Source of the DNA: Planctomycetaceae bacterium
GTDB taxonomy: Bacteria; Planctomycetota; Planctomycetia; Pirellulales; Pirellulaceae
DNA: 64,000 nucleotides
Reading direction: 5' to 3'
Assembly (NCBI GenBank): GCA_005798335.1
Contig: SYJV01000175.1
Coordinates: 3,280-67,279, forward strand
A program made the translations under genes and the position numbers. The notes under the pieces are model-generated. The model had not been told where the DNA came from and did not search any database. It saw only the letters and a list, made by a program, of their open reading frames with translations. Shown one piece after another: positions 40,371-51,700 of this stretch (its first letter is position 1; each line of letters begins with the position of its first letter).

Positions 40371-41236
40371 TTGGCGGCATTCCCTCGACTTAGCAGTGCA
40401 ACAAGATTGCCTTGACAATCAAGGGCGGCCACGCGATGTGCAGCGGGAGCGACACCGGCAAGCTCAAGCAGCTTACCGTGCCCAGCAGCCTTTACCAGAG
40501 TCGGATCGAGTTCCACTTTCGGCCAGTGAGGCAGCCCCCGAACCGGGTTTACCAACCCTCGTTGAATTGCTTCCAATGATCGTAGTTGTTCCAATGATAC
40601 TGCTTCATCGAGCGTAAAAGGACCGATTGCAAGCCTGCATAGTCTTGTCATGATCGCGCTGGTGCCTAACCCCGCCGCGATGTCTCGTCCCAACGACCGG
40701 ACGTAGGTACCGCTACCGCAGCAGATGCGCAAACTCAATAACGGGTAGCAGAACCCTAGCACCTCGATGGACTCGATGAAAACCTCCCGGGGCGCAGGAG
40801 TGAACTCGATACCTGACCGTGCCATAGCGTAAGCTCGCTTGCCTTGAATTTTGATCGCCGAGTATCGAGGCGGTACCTGCAAGACGGGACCGACCCAGCG
40901 CCGACATTCGTCCTCAATCTGCTGGCGAGAAATGATGGGAAAGATGTCAACTGGCTGTACTTTGCCTGTTACATCCAACGTGTCGCTGGTCTTGCCAAGT
41001 TCGAACTCAGCTACGTAGACCTTGCCGAGTTCGTGCAAGTACTCGACTAAGCGCGTCGCGCTGCCAACTGCAAGCAGCAAAACTCCGGTGGCCATGGGGT
41101 CAAGCGTTCCAGAATGGCCGACCTGAGACGTATTTGCCACTTGTTGCACAATGTCGACTACTGCGCGACTAGTGATGTCGCTGGGTTTATTAGTTATCAG
41201 AAGTGCGCTGGAAATCGCAGTCGCTGAAGAACTCAT
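40283..41236 (-). CDS. truB: tRNA pseudouridine(55) synthase
   Basis: LLITNKPSDITSRAVVDIVQ...GHSGTLDPMATGVLLLAVGSATRL contains the catalytic Asp motif. The start is set to ATG 41236, 2 nt after the GNAT stop. Its 3' end overlaps the convergent permease gene by 88 nt. Confidence 0.88.
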   Translation of the reverse strand: MSSSATAISSALLITNKPSDITSRAVVDIVQQVANTSQVGHSGTLDPMATGVLLLAVGSATRLVEYLHELGKVYVAEFELGKTSDTLDVTGKVQPVDIFPIISRQQIEDECRRWVGPVLQVPPRYSAIKIQGKRAYAMARSGIEFTPAPREVFIESIEVLGFCYPLLSLRICCGSGTYVRSLGRDIAAGLGTSAIMTRLCRLAIGPFTLDEAVSLEQLRSLEAIQRGLVNPVRGLPHWPKVELDPTLVKAAGHGKLLELAGVAPAAHRVAALDCQGNLVALLSRGNAANYWKPFRVFQAAKATNQPTIISPKHNPES

Positions 41237-41238
41237 GA

Positions 41239-41673
41239 TCAGCTCTGCTTTGAGTGATCGGCTGATCGCGGGATAGTCCAACAAGAATCGTGACGCAACA
41301 TACCGATGTGAGGATAGTATTCTCGTGCAGCCGGTGCGGCTAATAAGATAAGATTGGTATGCAAGCCCGCCATTTCATGGGTGCGCCTAATTAGTTCTCT
41401 GCCGATACTCCGTCGCTGGAATTGCTGGTCCACTGCCAGATCAGATAGGTAAGTACAATAACAGAAATCGCTCAACGAACGTGCAACGCCGACCAACAAT
41501 TTAGCATGTCGAGCGGCGACGATAATATCCGCTCGCCGCAACATCGCCTCCATGATCTCCAAATTCTCAACCGGACGTCGTTCCGCCAAAGTCGATCGTC
41601 GAAGCACATCGATGAATTCGGCAACATCAAGCTCCGGCTCTATAGAAAAAAATATGCTCGACGTTTGCTGCAT
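41239..41673 (-). CDS. GNAT family N-acetyltransferase
   Basis: 144 aa with the acetyl-CoA binding motif [17 protein letters not shown]. Confidence 0.75.
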   Translation of the reverse strand: MQQTSSIFFSIEPELDVAEFIDVLRRSTLAERRPVENLEIMEAMLRRADIIVAARHAKLLVGVARSLSDFCYCTYLSDLAVDQQFQRRSIGRELIRRTHEMAGLHTNLILLAAPAAREYYPHIGMLRHDSCWTIPRSADHSKQS

Positions 41674-41803
41674 GGTCCTAGCGCCGTTCTTTTCGATTTC
41701 CTGATCAACTTCTGCGAATACTCGGATAACGCATCAGATTAGAGCAAATCTACAATTGTCCTTGTGAGAACCAACCATACCATTGCATGCTCTGGAAACG
41801 AAA

Positions 41804-41840
41804 AGAGCCACAGCGGAATGCTGCGGCTCTTTTTTCTTAA
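41804..41840 (-). terminator. Rho-independent-type terminator downstream of the PEP-CTERM gene
   Basis: The stem agagccacagc / gctgcggctct has one mismatch. It is flanked by aaaa on the left and ttttttctt on the right, and lies ~30 nt after the stop at 41867 on the minus strand. Confidence 0.6.
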
Positions 41841-41866
41841 GGCCTGATGAAGGTGCGAAGGGCGAA

Positions 41867-42550
41867 CTACGCGACCTCAGGTTGAGTAACTTTCCGCTTG
41901 GATCGCACACGGCGAACTACGCCAGCGCCAACCGCAGCCAATCCCATAAGTGCCATAGACGATGGCTCTGGTACTGCATTAACCGCAACTTGAACTGTCG
42001 CACTGTTACTAAAGGCAAGTGCATCCACTGAAATCGCGTTGGGGTCATTGCCGAAAAACAAGCCTACTTGGTTTCCACCATTTATGTCATTAAACCCGAA
42101 TACCGTCGTACCACCTGCCCCAGTATTTAGAGTCATGTTGCCTACCAACATGCGACGAGTGGTTGCATTTACTGTGTCAATGGATCCTGACCCAGGCGTG
42201 GGATTGAATGAAATGTTGTTGTACGCAACACCTGTAGCATTCGGGAACGCTCCACCGATTGCGGTCGCAGAATTGATTGCGAAAGCTGGATTTCCTGCAG
42301 CAGCCGTGACTCGAGTAGTGCCTCCGGAACCGACGACATTGTACTGGACACCCTGCGCGCCAACCCAAGTACTCGCTGGGTCGGCAGCCAAACGTGATTC
42401 AACCAAATATATATTCGTGCTGATCACAGAATTCGCAGTTTGGTTCAGGTAGTTTGCCTGATCCAACTGAAACGAGTAAGTAAACGCAGCTTGCGTTTGA
42501 ACTGTGGCAACCAAAGTAATCACCGCTGCCAATAGAACACTTCTGAGCAT
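41867..42550 (-). CDS. PEP-CTERM sorting domain-containing secreted protein
   Basis: Signal peptide MLRSVLLAAVITLVATVQTQA. The C-terminus is VPEPSSMALMGLAAVGAGVVRRVRSKRK (VPEP motif, TM helix, basic cluster). Confidence 0.85.
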   Translation of the reverse strand: MLRSVLLAAVITLVATVQTQAAFTYSFQLDQANYLNQTANSVISTNIYLVESRLAADPASTWVGAQGVQYNVVGSGGTTRVTAAAGNPAFAINSATAIGGAFPNATGVAYNNISFNPTPGSGSIDTVNATTRRMLVGNMTLNTGAGGTTVFGFNDINGGNQVGLFFGNDPNAISVDALAFSNSATVQVAVNAVPEPSSMALMGLAAVGAGVVRRVRSKRKVTQPEVA

Positions 42551-42746
42551 CTCATCGATCCTTATCAAGTTTATGACCTTCATCAGTGGGAAATTAAAAT
42601 TCCCAGATCGCCCATTCCACTGAGTCTAACTATCCAACAAACCTTGTCAACAAGGTTACATTAACGCAAACAGTTTTTTCGACACATTCCAACCTGCCGG
42701 GCTTCCTTATCTTCCGGCAGGTTTACGCTAAAACCACCTCTAATTA

Positions 42747-45700
42747 CTAAAAACCATTTAGGTTTCGGCTAGCATTGAAATTTTGGAGGAACGCATTCAA
42801 GTCGGTAAAGTCAACGAAATTATCACCATTCTTGTCCAGATCTTCACGATAGTTTCCGCTGGTCAGCGCAATAACCAGGGCATTGAGATCGGTAAGATCA
42901 ACTATTGTACTACCATCAGTATCTCCGTACAAACGATAGAACTTGTCAACCGCTTGATTGCCATACACAAAGTTTCCACCAGGGGCACCGTTGTTGTCAC
43001 CATCCAGTGCAAACAGTCCGGCTTGTGAGCGAACCTTGGTGGCGTCGATCTCAAGTCGATAGTTGCCGTCGATCAGCGAACCAGCCGAATCGACAAACGT
43101 CGTGGCAGGACTGCTCGGAGCGACTGTGGGTAGGAACGTAATGCTGACGACGGTCTTACCGGCAACTACGGCTGGTGCTCCAACGTTAGTTTGGGCTGCT
43201 GGAACGTTGCCGATTGTAATCGGTGCACCAGCAATGTCGTCACGACGTTGGACGACAAAGGCGCCCGCATCAATTTGGACGACAGTATTGAACGTGACTG
43301 TCAACTTCTTCAGGCTCGAACGAGTAGCATTGCCGTCGTTGATGACAACGGATTCGACTCGTGGAACCGTGACGTTCTGTAGTTGAATATCCAGACGCCC
43401 CGAAGTCGCATTTCCAACGGCGTCGGTAGCAACAAATTGAACTGCGTCAAACGCATTCGCTATTGTTTGGGTATACAGCACTTGGCCTGCATTCACCTGT
43501 GCTTGCGAGAATGTGGAAATCGGTACCTGAGGTGCACTAGTAAGCGCCAAGAATCCGGACTGTGGAGCATTGGTTACGATGTAGGTAACATTCGCCGCTG
43601 GACTCACTGCATCAACTGCGTTGAGCACTCCTGTTGTTAGCGTTGTTACCTGCGTGGTAATGGTCAGCAGGTTCGTGGTAACAACCGGACCGGTTGTGTC
43701 CTTGATTGCAGTCGTGGTCGCAGTACCGACGTTGCCAAACGGATCAGTGCTTTCAACGATCACCGTGATCGTGCCGTCCACGAGGCTAGAAATATTCGCG
43801 ACGGTCGGAGCAATTATCGAATACGCTCCTGTTGGTCCAGCAGCAGTATTAACAGCTACTGAGTTGTTGTTCACGTCACGGAACGTGATCTTAACATTCA
43901 ATCCTGGTTCAGCACCATTACCGGACACTGGAACGGCAGCTTGCTCGCTAGCATTAATCACGTTGTCCGAAGTGATCGGAGTATTTACGGTTACCGCAGG
44001 AACCGTTGTTTCCTTGACTACGACTCGAGTCACTGTTGTGACGTTGCCAGCAGGATCGGTCGACTGGGCTGTTATGGTAACAGGTCCATCCGGGAAAGCG
44101 ACAATGCTGGGCAACGTTACGGTGTAATTTGCGGTACCATTTGCATTAGCTGTCGCAGTTACCGTCTGATTACCCGAAGTTGCAGTTACGGTTACCGGAA
44201 GATCGTCGCGAGTACCAGTAACCACGACGCCAGGTGCTTCCGCGGCATTAATAACGTCGTTGCCCGCAATCGTGGTTACTGCCAACAGAGGTGCAACGGT
44301 ATCGATCACAGCAGTACTGCGTGTGGCCTGTCCTGTGTTATTACCAAGATCAGTAGAAACTGCGGTGACAGTTATGCCGCCTTGAGCAAAGCCAGACAGG
44401 TTCGCGGTAACTGTAAAGGCACCAGCAGCAGCAGTTGTGATCTCATTGACCACTAAGTTGCCCTGCGTAATGATCACGCTGACAGGAATACCATTGGTGT
44501 TGGTAGTGCCGGTGATGACAACGGCAGCAACTTCAGCAGCGTTGATAAAATCGTTGCCAGCAATCGGATTGATACTCAACACCGGCGCCGCCGAATCGAT
44601 CGTGATCGTAAGTCCATTATCCAACCCACTATTAGCTCCTGTGGTATTGCTTCCTGTCCCAGCACTTACATTACCTGCCAAATCGGTAATCAAAACGTTT
44701 ATTTCCAGAGCAGTTCCTGTGGCCTGAGCCGGTATCTCGAAAATAAACCGACCATTCTCGTTAACGACGGCTGTGCCCAAAGTGGTTCCGCCGTTGCGAA
44801 CAGTAACCGTGTTGCCGACCAACGTGTTTGCCGCAGCAGGATTGCTGGCACTTGTACCGTCGCTAATCTGTCCGACCACGACCAACGTATTGTCGTTCAC
44901 AAAAATTGTTGGGCCATTAACGATTTGATCCAGGATATAGGCTGTGGCTCCTACATCTCGAAGCACAACAAAACTGTTTGCAGGGAGATTCGTCGGCATT
45001 CTCGGATCCGGCAAAGTGGCGGGAGGCGTGGGAACCGGCGGATATGTCAGTGCGAAAACGGTAGCCAAAGCGGGTGCATTGGCACCATTCCAGTTCGCCA
45101 AACGAACGATATTGGGCGCCGCAGTGTCGAGCACAATTGTATCTACGTCGGTGCTAACGTTTCCAGAAGGATCTGCGTTGCTGGCGGAAACCGTTATGAA
45201 TCCGTCGCCAAACGCAAGTCCGCCGCTGCTCCGCAAATCAATGCTTGGAGTCACCCAAGTTCCCGTCGCTGTTGATGTCACATTAAATAACCGACTAGCA
45301 CCCACTCCAATTAAGGAAACTGTAACTGTACTATTCGGTGTTGCGCCGATTCCAGAAATCGTAAATCCAGCAGTTCTTTCCCCATCAGTGACATACCCAG
45401 AGATACCAGGTGTTTGTGGACCACCAGCGATTGGAGTATTGATTGTTAACCCTGGAATCGAACTGTCTTTCGTTACCGAGCGCGAGGCATTCGATGTGTT
45501 GCCTGCCGCGTCAGAATTTGAGGCAGTTACGGTAATTTGACCGTCATTCAGCGTTGAAATACCGGCGAGATTTGTGGCAAGCGTGAAGTTGCCGGCTGCG
45601 TCTGCGGTTACGGTCCGCACTACCGCAGGTGTGGCTGCGTTATTATCGTCGAGAGAAACGGTCACGATTGCGTTGGGTTCCGCATTGGTGCCGGTGACAT

Positions 45701-48700
45701 TTACACTGTTCTGCTCCGCGGCATTGATAACATCGTCACCCATGATCGGAGCGTTGATCTGGATAGCTCGTATGACGGTATCCTTAAGCAATGCTGGGTG
45801 GTTTGGAAGGATGAAGTTTCCAACCGCGTCAACCGCCTTGACCTGCACAGTGATCGCGCCGTCCACCAAGCCGGTCAGGTTCGCAGGATTCAATGCCAAG
45901 CTGTAGTTACCGCCAACCTGAGCTGTGACATTCTTGACAACTTTGTTGGCTGGGTTCGCAGAATCCAAGAAAGTGATTTCTACATTACCAGATGGTTCAG
46001 CTCCTGTCCCCGAAATCTCAACAGTCGTAACTTCGCCAGCATTGATACGGTTGTCCAGCTCGATGGGAGTATTAATTGTTGCCACTGGCGCGGTGCGATC
46101 CATGATCAAGGCGCGAGTCGCAGAACCAGTATTGTCTCCCAGATCGGTGCTGGATGCTTTCACGGTCAAATTGCCATCGACCAATGCCGTACTATTTAAA
46201 TTGAATCCCGGTGCGGCGATTGTGAATTCGCCCTTGGCGTCCGCAACGACGCCATTGATCGTGACAACCGTGTTTTGACTATCGGTGACTTGGATCGTCA
46301 CGGGCCGATTCGGATCAGCACCGGCACCGGCAACGATAAATACCGGAGACTCGAACATATTGACGGCGTTGTCAGTCATGATCGGCGCGGTGATAGTGAT
46401 GTTTGGTGCGACTCGATCGATGGTAATAACGCGAGTTGCTGTTGCCAGGTTACCAGCCGCGTCAATATTGTTGGCAGTTACGGTCACCGGTCCATCGGGG
46501 AAGTTCGACAAATTACCATCGTTACTTGGAATTCCCAAAGCAGGAATTGCCGCCAAAGTATACTTGCCGGTTGCATCTGCGACTACGGTTTTGACTTGAG
46601 TAGTTGGGCCACTTGTAAAGGTGACCACGACAGATGTATTCGGCGTCGCGTTAATACCCTCGACTGTCACAACGTCGTCTTCTGCTGCACTGACTACATC
46701 ATTACCTGCAATCGGACCGGTAATGGACAATGTAGTGGGTGCTGTATCTTTGCTGGCCGTTCGTGTTGCTACGCCAGCATTATCCGCTTGGTCGCGACTG
46801 GTTGCGGTTACCGTAATGTTCGCAGTTGCAGCGTCTGCTAAAGGAACTGCAAAAGGCGCATTCAGAGACAAATTAGCTCCAACACGCACATCCACAATTG
46901 CCTGATAGTCGCCAATCGCATTAGCAAACACTCCAGCCAAAATACGTTCGGGTCCACCTGCCTGCTGGATCTTGATTTCGACTGGCAAGTTTGGTTGCGC
47001 TCCTTTGCCATTTATCACCAGTCCCGGTGCCTCATTTTCGTTGATGATACCATCTCCGCCGATCACATTTAGAATGATGCTTGGTGGCAGGGTATCAACA
47101 GTAATTTGGAATTGGCCAGAGTCGGGTGCTGGGTTTCCTGCGGCGTCTCTTGCTCTAGCGATCATCTGGTAGGTGCCGTTGGGCAAAAGACCAGTTGCCA
47201 ATGTCCATGTTCCGGCAGCAGCATTGAGGGTAGCAAGGCGATCTCCGCCGGGAAGACCAGAAATCGTAACCGTGCTGGACTGAGCGGCATCGTAGGTGCC
47301 GTTCAAGGTAAAGCTGGTATGGTTGGTACTGGCCAAATTGTTCAAAGTTGTCGGCGAAGTGGCTGCTCCACCAGATGCATTTGTAGCATTGATAATCGTC
47401 GCTGCGGCGGTCGGTGCGGTCTCATCCAAGGTTGCAGTAAATCTAATTGCAGCTTCGTCCGCACCAGACAGCGCGATCGGATTTCCTGCAACATCCGTAA
47501 ATCTCACATCGACGTTTATGCCACCTTCATTGAGGCCGCTGATGTTGATTGGATTCCCATTGCCAAGCTTATCCACAGTAAAAGCATAAGTAAGAGGCAC
47601 GTTATTCGCATCCACCGTGAGCACCGTTGCCGTACCAAAGCCAACAATGTCTCCCGTAGCCGGACTGTTATTTACATCGATAAACGTAACAGCAACTTGT
47701 CGGCCGGTCAGCAACCCTGCGTTGGGATTAGCATCCGAAATCGTGCCAGAAATTGTAACTGCGTTGGATTCCTGAATGCTAATCAAGCCTAAGTTGGTCC
47801 CCGTTGTCGCGGGAGCAGCGGGTAGGTTATCGAAATTCGTACCAGTGACCGCAAGGATTGGAAGCACCGTGTCTATCGTATTAATCGCGCGAGTCAAATT
47901 AGTCACGTTGCCAGCAAAATCCACTGCAGTGACTATTATGTTCGCGGCTGGCGTCGTCCCGGTCAACGTTGCATTTGCCAGCGTTTGAAGTTGCGCAGTC
48001 GTAAATACTCTGTTAAAGCTACCGTTACCATCCGCTGGCACACTAAACGGACCAATAGTAACACCATTTGATCCAACAATCTGGATTGAAACAGAAGCAA
48101 ATGGCGTAGTGGTACCCGTGACTCTGCGTGCATCATCACTACCCACCAATTCTCGACGATTAAGTGTACCATCGCCGCTAAAACCGCTATTGGCAAGCGT
48201 AAGAACTGGGGGTACCGTATCCAATTCGACATTTACTTTTGCGGTTCCCTTATTCCCAGCCAAATCAGTGACTTCGGCAGTTACTACTACAGTGCCGTCA
48301 GTAATACTGGCAATGCTGAATGGTGCGGTAGCGTAAGTATTGGCACCCGTGACCGTTGCGGTTGCAACAACGTCAGCCGAGCCTGCCTTCCTAAATGTAA
48401 GCGTAACAACACTACCAACATTGATGCCAGCGGTGTCCGTAACCGTACCGCTAACGATAACGCCATTCTTTTCACTGTTGTTGACGAAGTTATCGCCGGT
48501 GATGGGAGCAATGGTAATTGTTGGAACACCGGTATCTTTTGCAACCGTGGCGGAAGTCAATCCGATGTTGCCAGCCGCGTCCGTATTGCGAACGGTTATC
48601 ACAATCTGACCATCGGCCAGCGCGGTCAAGTCTGCTGTCGTTGTAAAGTTCGTACCTACTGATGTGACATTGCGTGTCACGGAATTAACGCCGTCAGAGA

Positions 48701-51700
48701 AAGTGATCAACACATTGGAATTCGGAAATGCTCCGATACCGTTAATCTGAACATTGGCGACTTCATTGGCGCCAATGCGATTGTCGCCCATCACCGGCGT
48801 CGTGATAGTCAATGATGGAGCGTTACGATCCAAGACAACATTTCGAGTCGCGGTACTCTGATTGCCGGCGCGATCCGCACCCGTCACCGTAATGGTAAGT
48901 GCACCATCCATGAAATTCGCCAGATTAAATAGATTTCCATCATTTGCAAATGCCCCGTTCACTACCGGAGCTGTGCGAGTTTGGCTGATAGCGACGTTGT
49001 TTACATCTAGGCCTACGATCGTAATCGTAACACTGGGAACGCCCGATCCCGTGGCGCCGTCGCCGGCAAGGCCAGATACTCGCACGTTCAGCGACTCGGC
49101 AGCGTTGATAACGTTGTCCGCAGCCACCGTATCAATGAAGATCAGCGGACCTTGGGTATCCTTGAAGAGGACAATGTTCGCCGTACCCGTGTTTCCAAAT
49201 GCATCGGTACTGGTCGCGGTGAGATCAATCTGACCATCCAGCAGTCCGGCGATGTTCGCTTCGTTTCCTGGCGCTGCCGCTCCCAATACAAGAGCATAAA
49301 CACCATTTGCATTAGCAGTTACATTGCGTACAACTGGCTGCGTTGTGCCCGCGTTAACCCCGGTATCATTGAATGTAATAGTTACCAGCGAATTCGGTTC
49401 TGCACCCGAGCCAGTCACTATCACTTGTGTTAATTGAGTTGCATTGAGTGCCGTGTTGTTCAGCGGCGCACCAATCACGATGGCTGGTCGAATTGTGTCC
49501 AATGGTACAATTGCGGAGGCAGAGCCGGTATTGCCCAGTGTGTCGGTGCTAGTAACTTGGATTTTCACATCACCTTGGCTGAATCCAGATAGATCGACTT
49601 CGTTGCCCAGCAACGTGAATCCCCCCGCTGCATCAGCGGTGACCGTACGGGACGCAGAACCCGTTGGACTTCCAGTAAATGTCACAGTGACCGGACGATT
49701 GGCAGCAGCACCGGTTCCTTGAATCAAGACGTCTGCCGCTTCTGCCGCATTAATTCGATTGTCATTTTCAATTGGCGATGTGATCACGATCGCGGGCGGA
49801 TTGGCTTGTTTGGTAAACGTCGTAGTAGCGATTCCGACATTACCAGCTAAATCCTGTGCCGTTGCCTGGACAAGAATGACCCCATCTGGCAATCCAACGA
49901 TGTTGGCTGGGTTCGCAGCCAACGTCCAATTGTTTCCAGTAGCGGCAACGGTTCGTGTCACCGAATTTGCACCGATCGAAAACGTCACAGTTACCGTACC
50001 GTTCGGAGCGTCCGTGGTACCACTGACCACCAGGGCATTAGCCTCGGCTAGCGTGACCAAATTGTCCGACGTGATAGGTGAGTTGATGGTTACCACGGGT
50101 GGAACTGTGTCCACGGTGATTGGACCAAACGGACTGGAAACAGCACCCTCATTGGGCGCGTTGTCCCTTAAGGTCGCCGTGAAATTGTATACTCCAGCCG
50201 GCAGTACTGAAGTTGTCGCAGTCCAAGCAGTTCCATTAACGACTGCGGTGGCCACTTCTGTGCCGTTTGCCTTCACGGAAATTATTGTGCCATTAGCCGC
50301 AGTGGTCGTACCGGTAAAAGTAAGCGTTGTATCGTTCGTAATACTACGATTTGTTGGCGCGAGCAACAGTGGCGCAAAATCATCGGTGGCACCCAAGATT
50401 GACACCGCACCAGCAGGGATCGAGGTATCGTAGAATACTCCCCTTTGGTTGGTACTGGTGTTGTTTGCGTTGTCGGTAAACGATGCCATCACTGTGACGG
50501 CACCTTCCGAAAAGGCCGGTGCAGCCGAAAGATTGAACAGCGCAGTAAATACACCATTCGCATTGGCAACAGCGGAAACGGTGCGAACGATATTGGTTGG
50601 AACTAGTTGTGTTACGGTCACGGTAACGACGCCACCTGCATCGGCACCAGTACCCGTAATTACTAGTGCAGAACCCTCTGCAATACTAACTATATCATTA
50701 CCGGCAATCGGCGTAGTAATTAGGATTACCGGTGTCGATGTATCCTTGTTCAACACGCGCTGGGCACTGCCAACGTTGCCGACCGGATCCGTGCTGGTAA
50801 CGGTAATCGTTACTGGGCCGTCAGGCAGCGCGGTAATATTTGCGCCTGGATTGAGGTTATAAGTTCCGTCTGCCGCAGCCAAAACTGTGCGAGTCACTGT
50901 GTTTCCACCGCCGCCGGCAAATGTAATCGTAACGTTGGTATTTGGCTGTGCACCGGTTCCAGTCACAATCACATTCGTGGCTGGAACAGCGGGAGCAATA
51001 CCTGTCAAGTTAATAGTGGTTCCTGCGGTCGGTGTGGTAATTTGTACAGCAGGTGGAGTCTTGTCTAACGTAAAGGTCGTCGTCGTGGATGTCGGTGTAC
51101 CATTGGATGGCAGCGAGCTGACGCGAACGGTAATTTGTCCATCGTTCAAGGCGGTAATATTAAAACCAGCAGCGGGCAGCGAATATTGACCATTGGCGCC
51201 AGCGATAATGATCGGAGCGGCCAGCAAGTTAGTACCATCCAAAAATTCGACCAACACTGGCTGGTTCGGAGCTGGACTAGTACCAGAGATTACAACTTGT
51301 GTGGCTTCGGTAGCATTAACAACATTGTCGGCAGTAATTGGGGTGTTAATCGTGGGGGCAGCGGGAGCGGTTAAGTCAATCGTAAATGCTCGGCTGCTTG
51401 ATCCCGTATTTCCCGCAGCGTCTGAACTTATAGCGATTACCGAAGCAGCTCCTTGAACAAACGGAGGAGCAGCCAACAAGTTCACTGGCGCACCGCTAGT
51501 GTTGAACTTACCTGTCGCGTCAGCTTGTACCGAAACCTGCTTGACGACTGCACCTTGAATATAAGCGGTCGTGACGAATTGATTTGGCTCGGCACCGGTA
51601 CCTGAAACTGAGACGTTTCCTGCTTCGCCCGTTGTAACAACATCGTCACCGCCAACTGCGTTGGGCAGTTGCGGCAACGGAGCGATCGTATCCTTGCCAA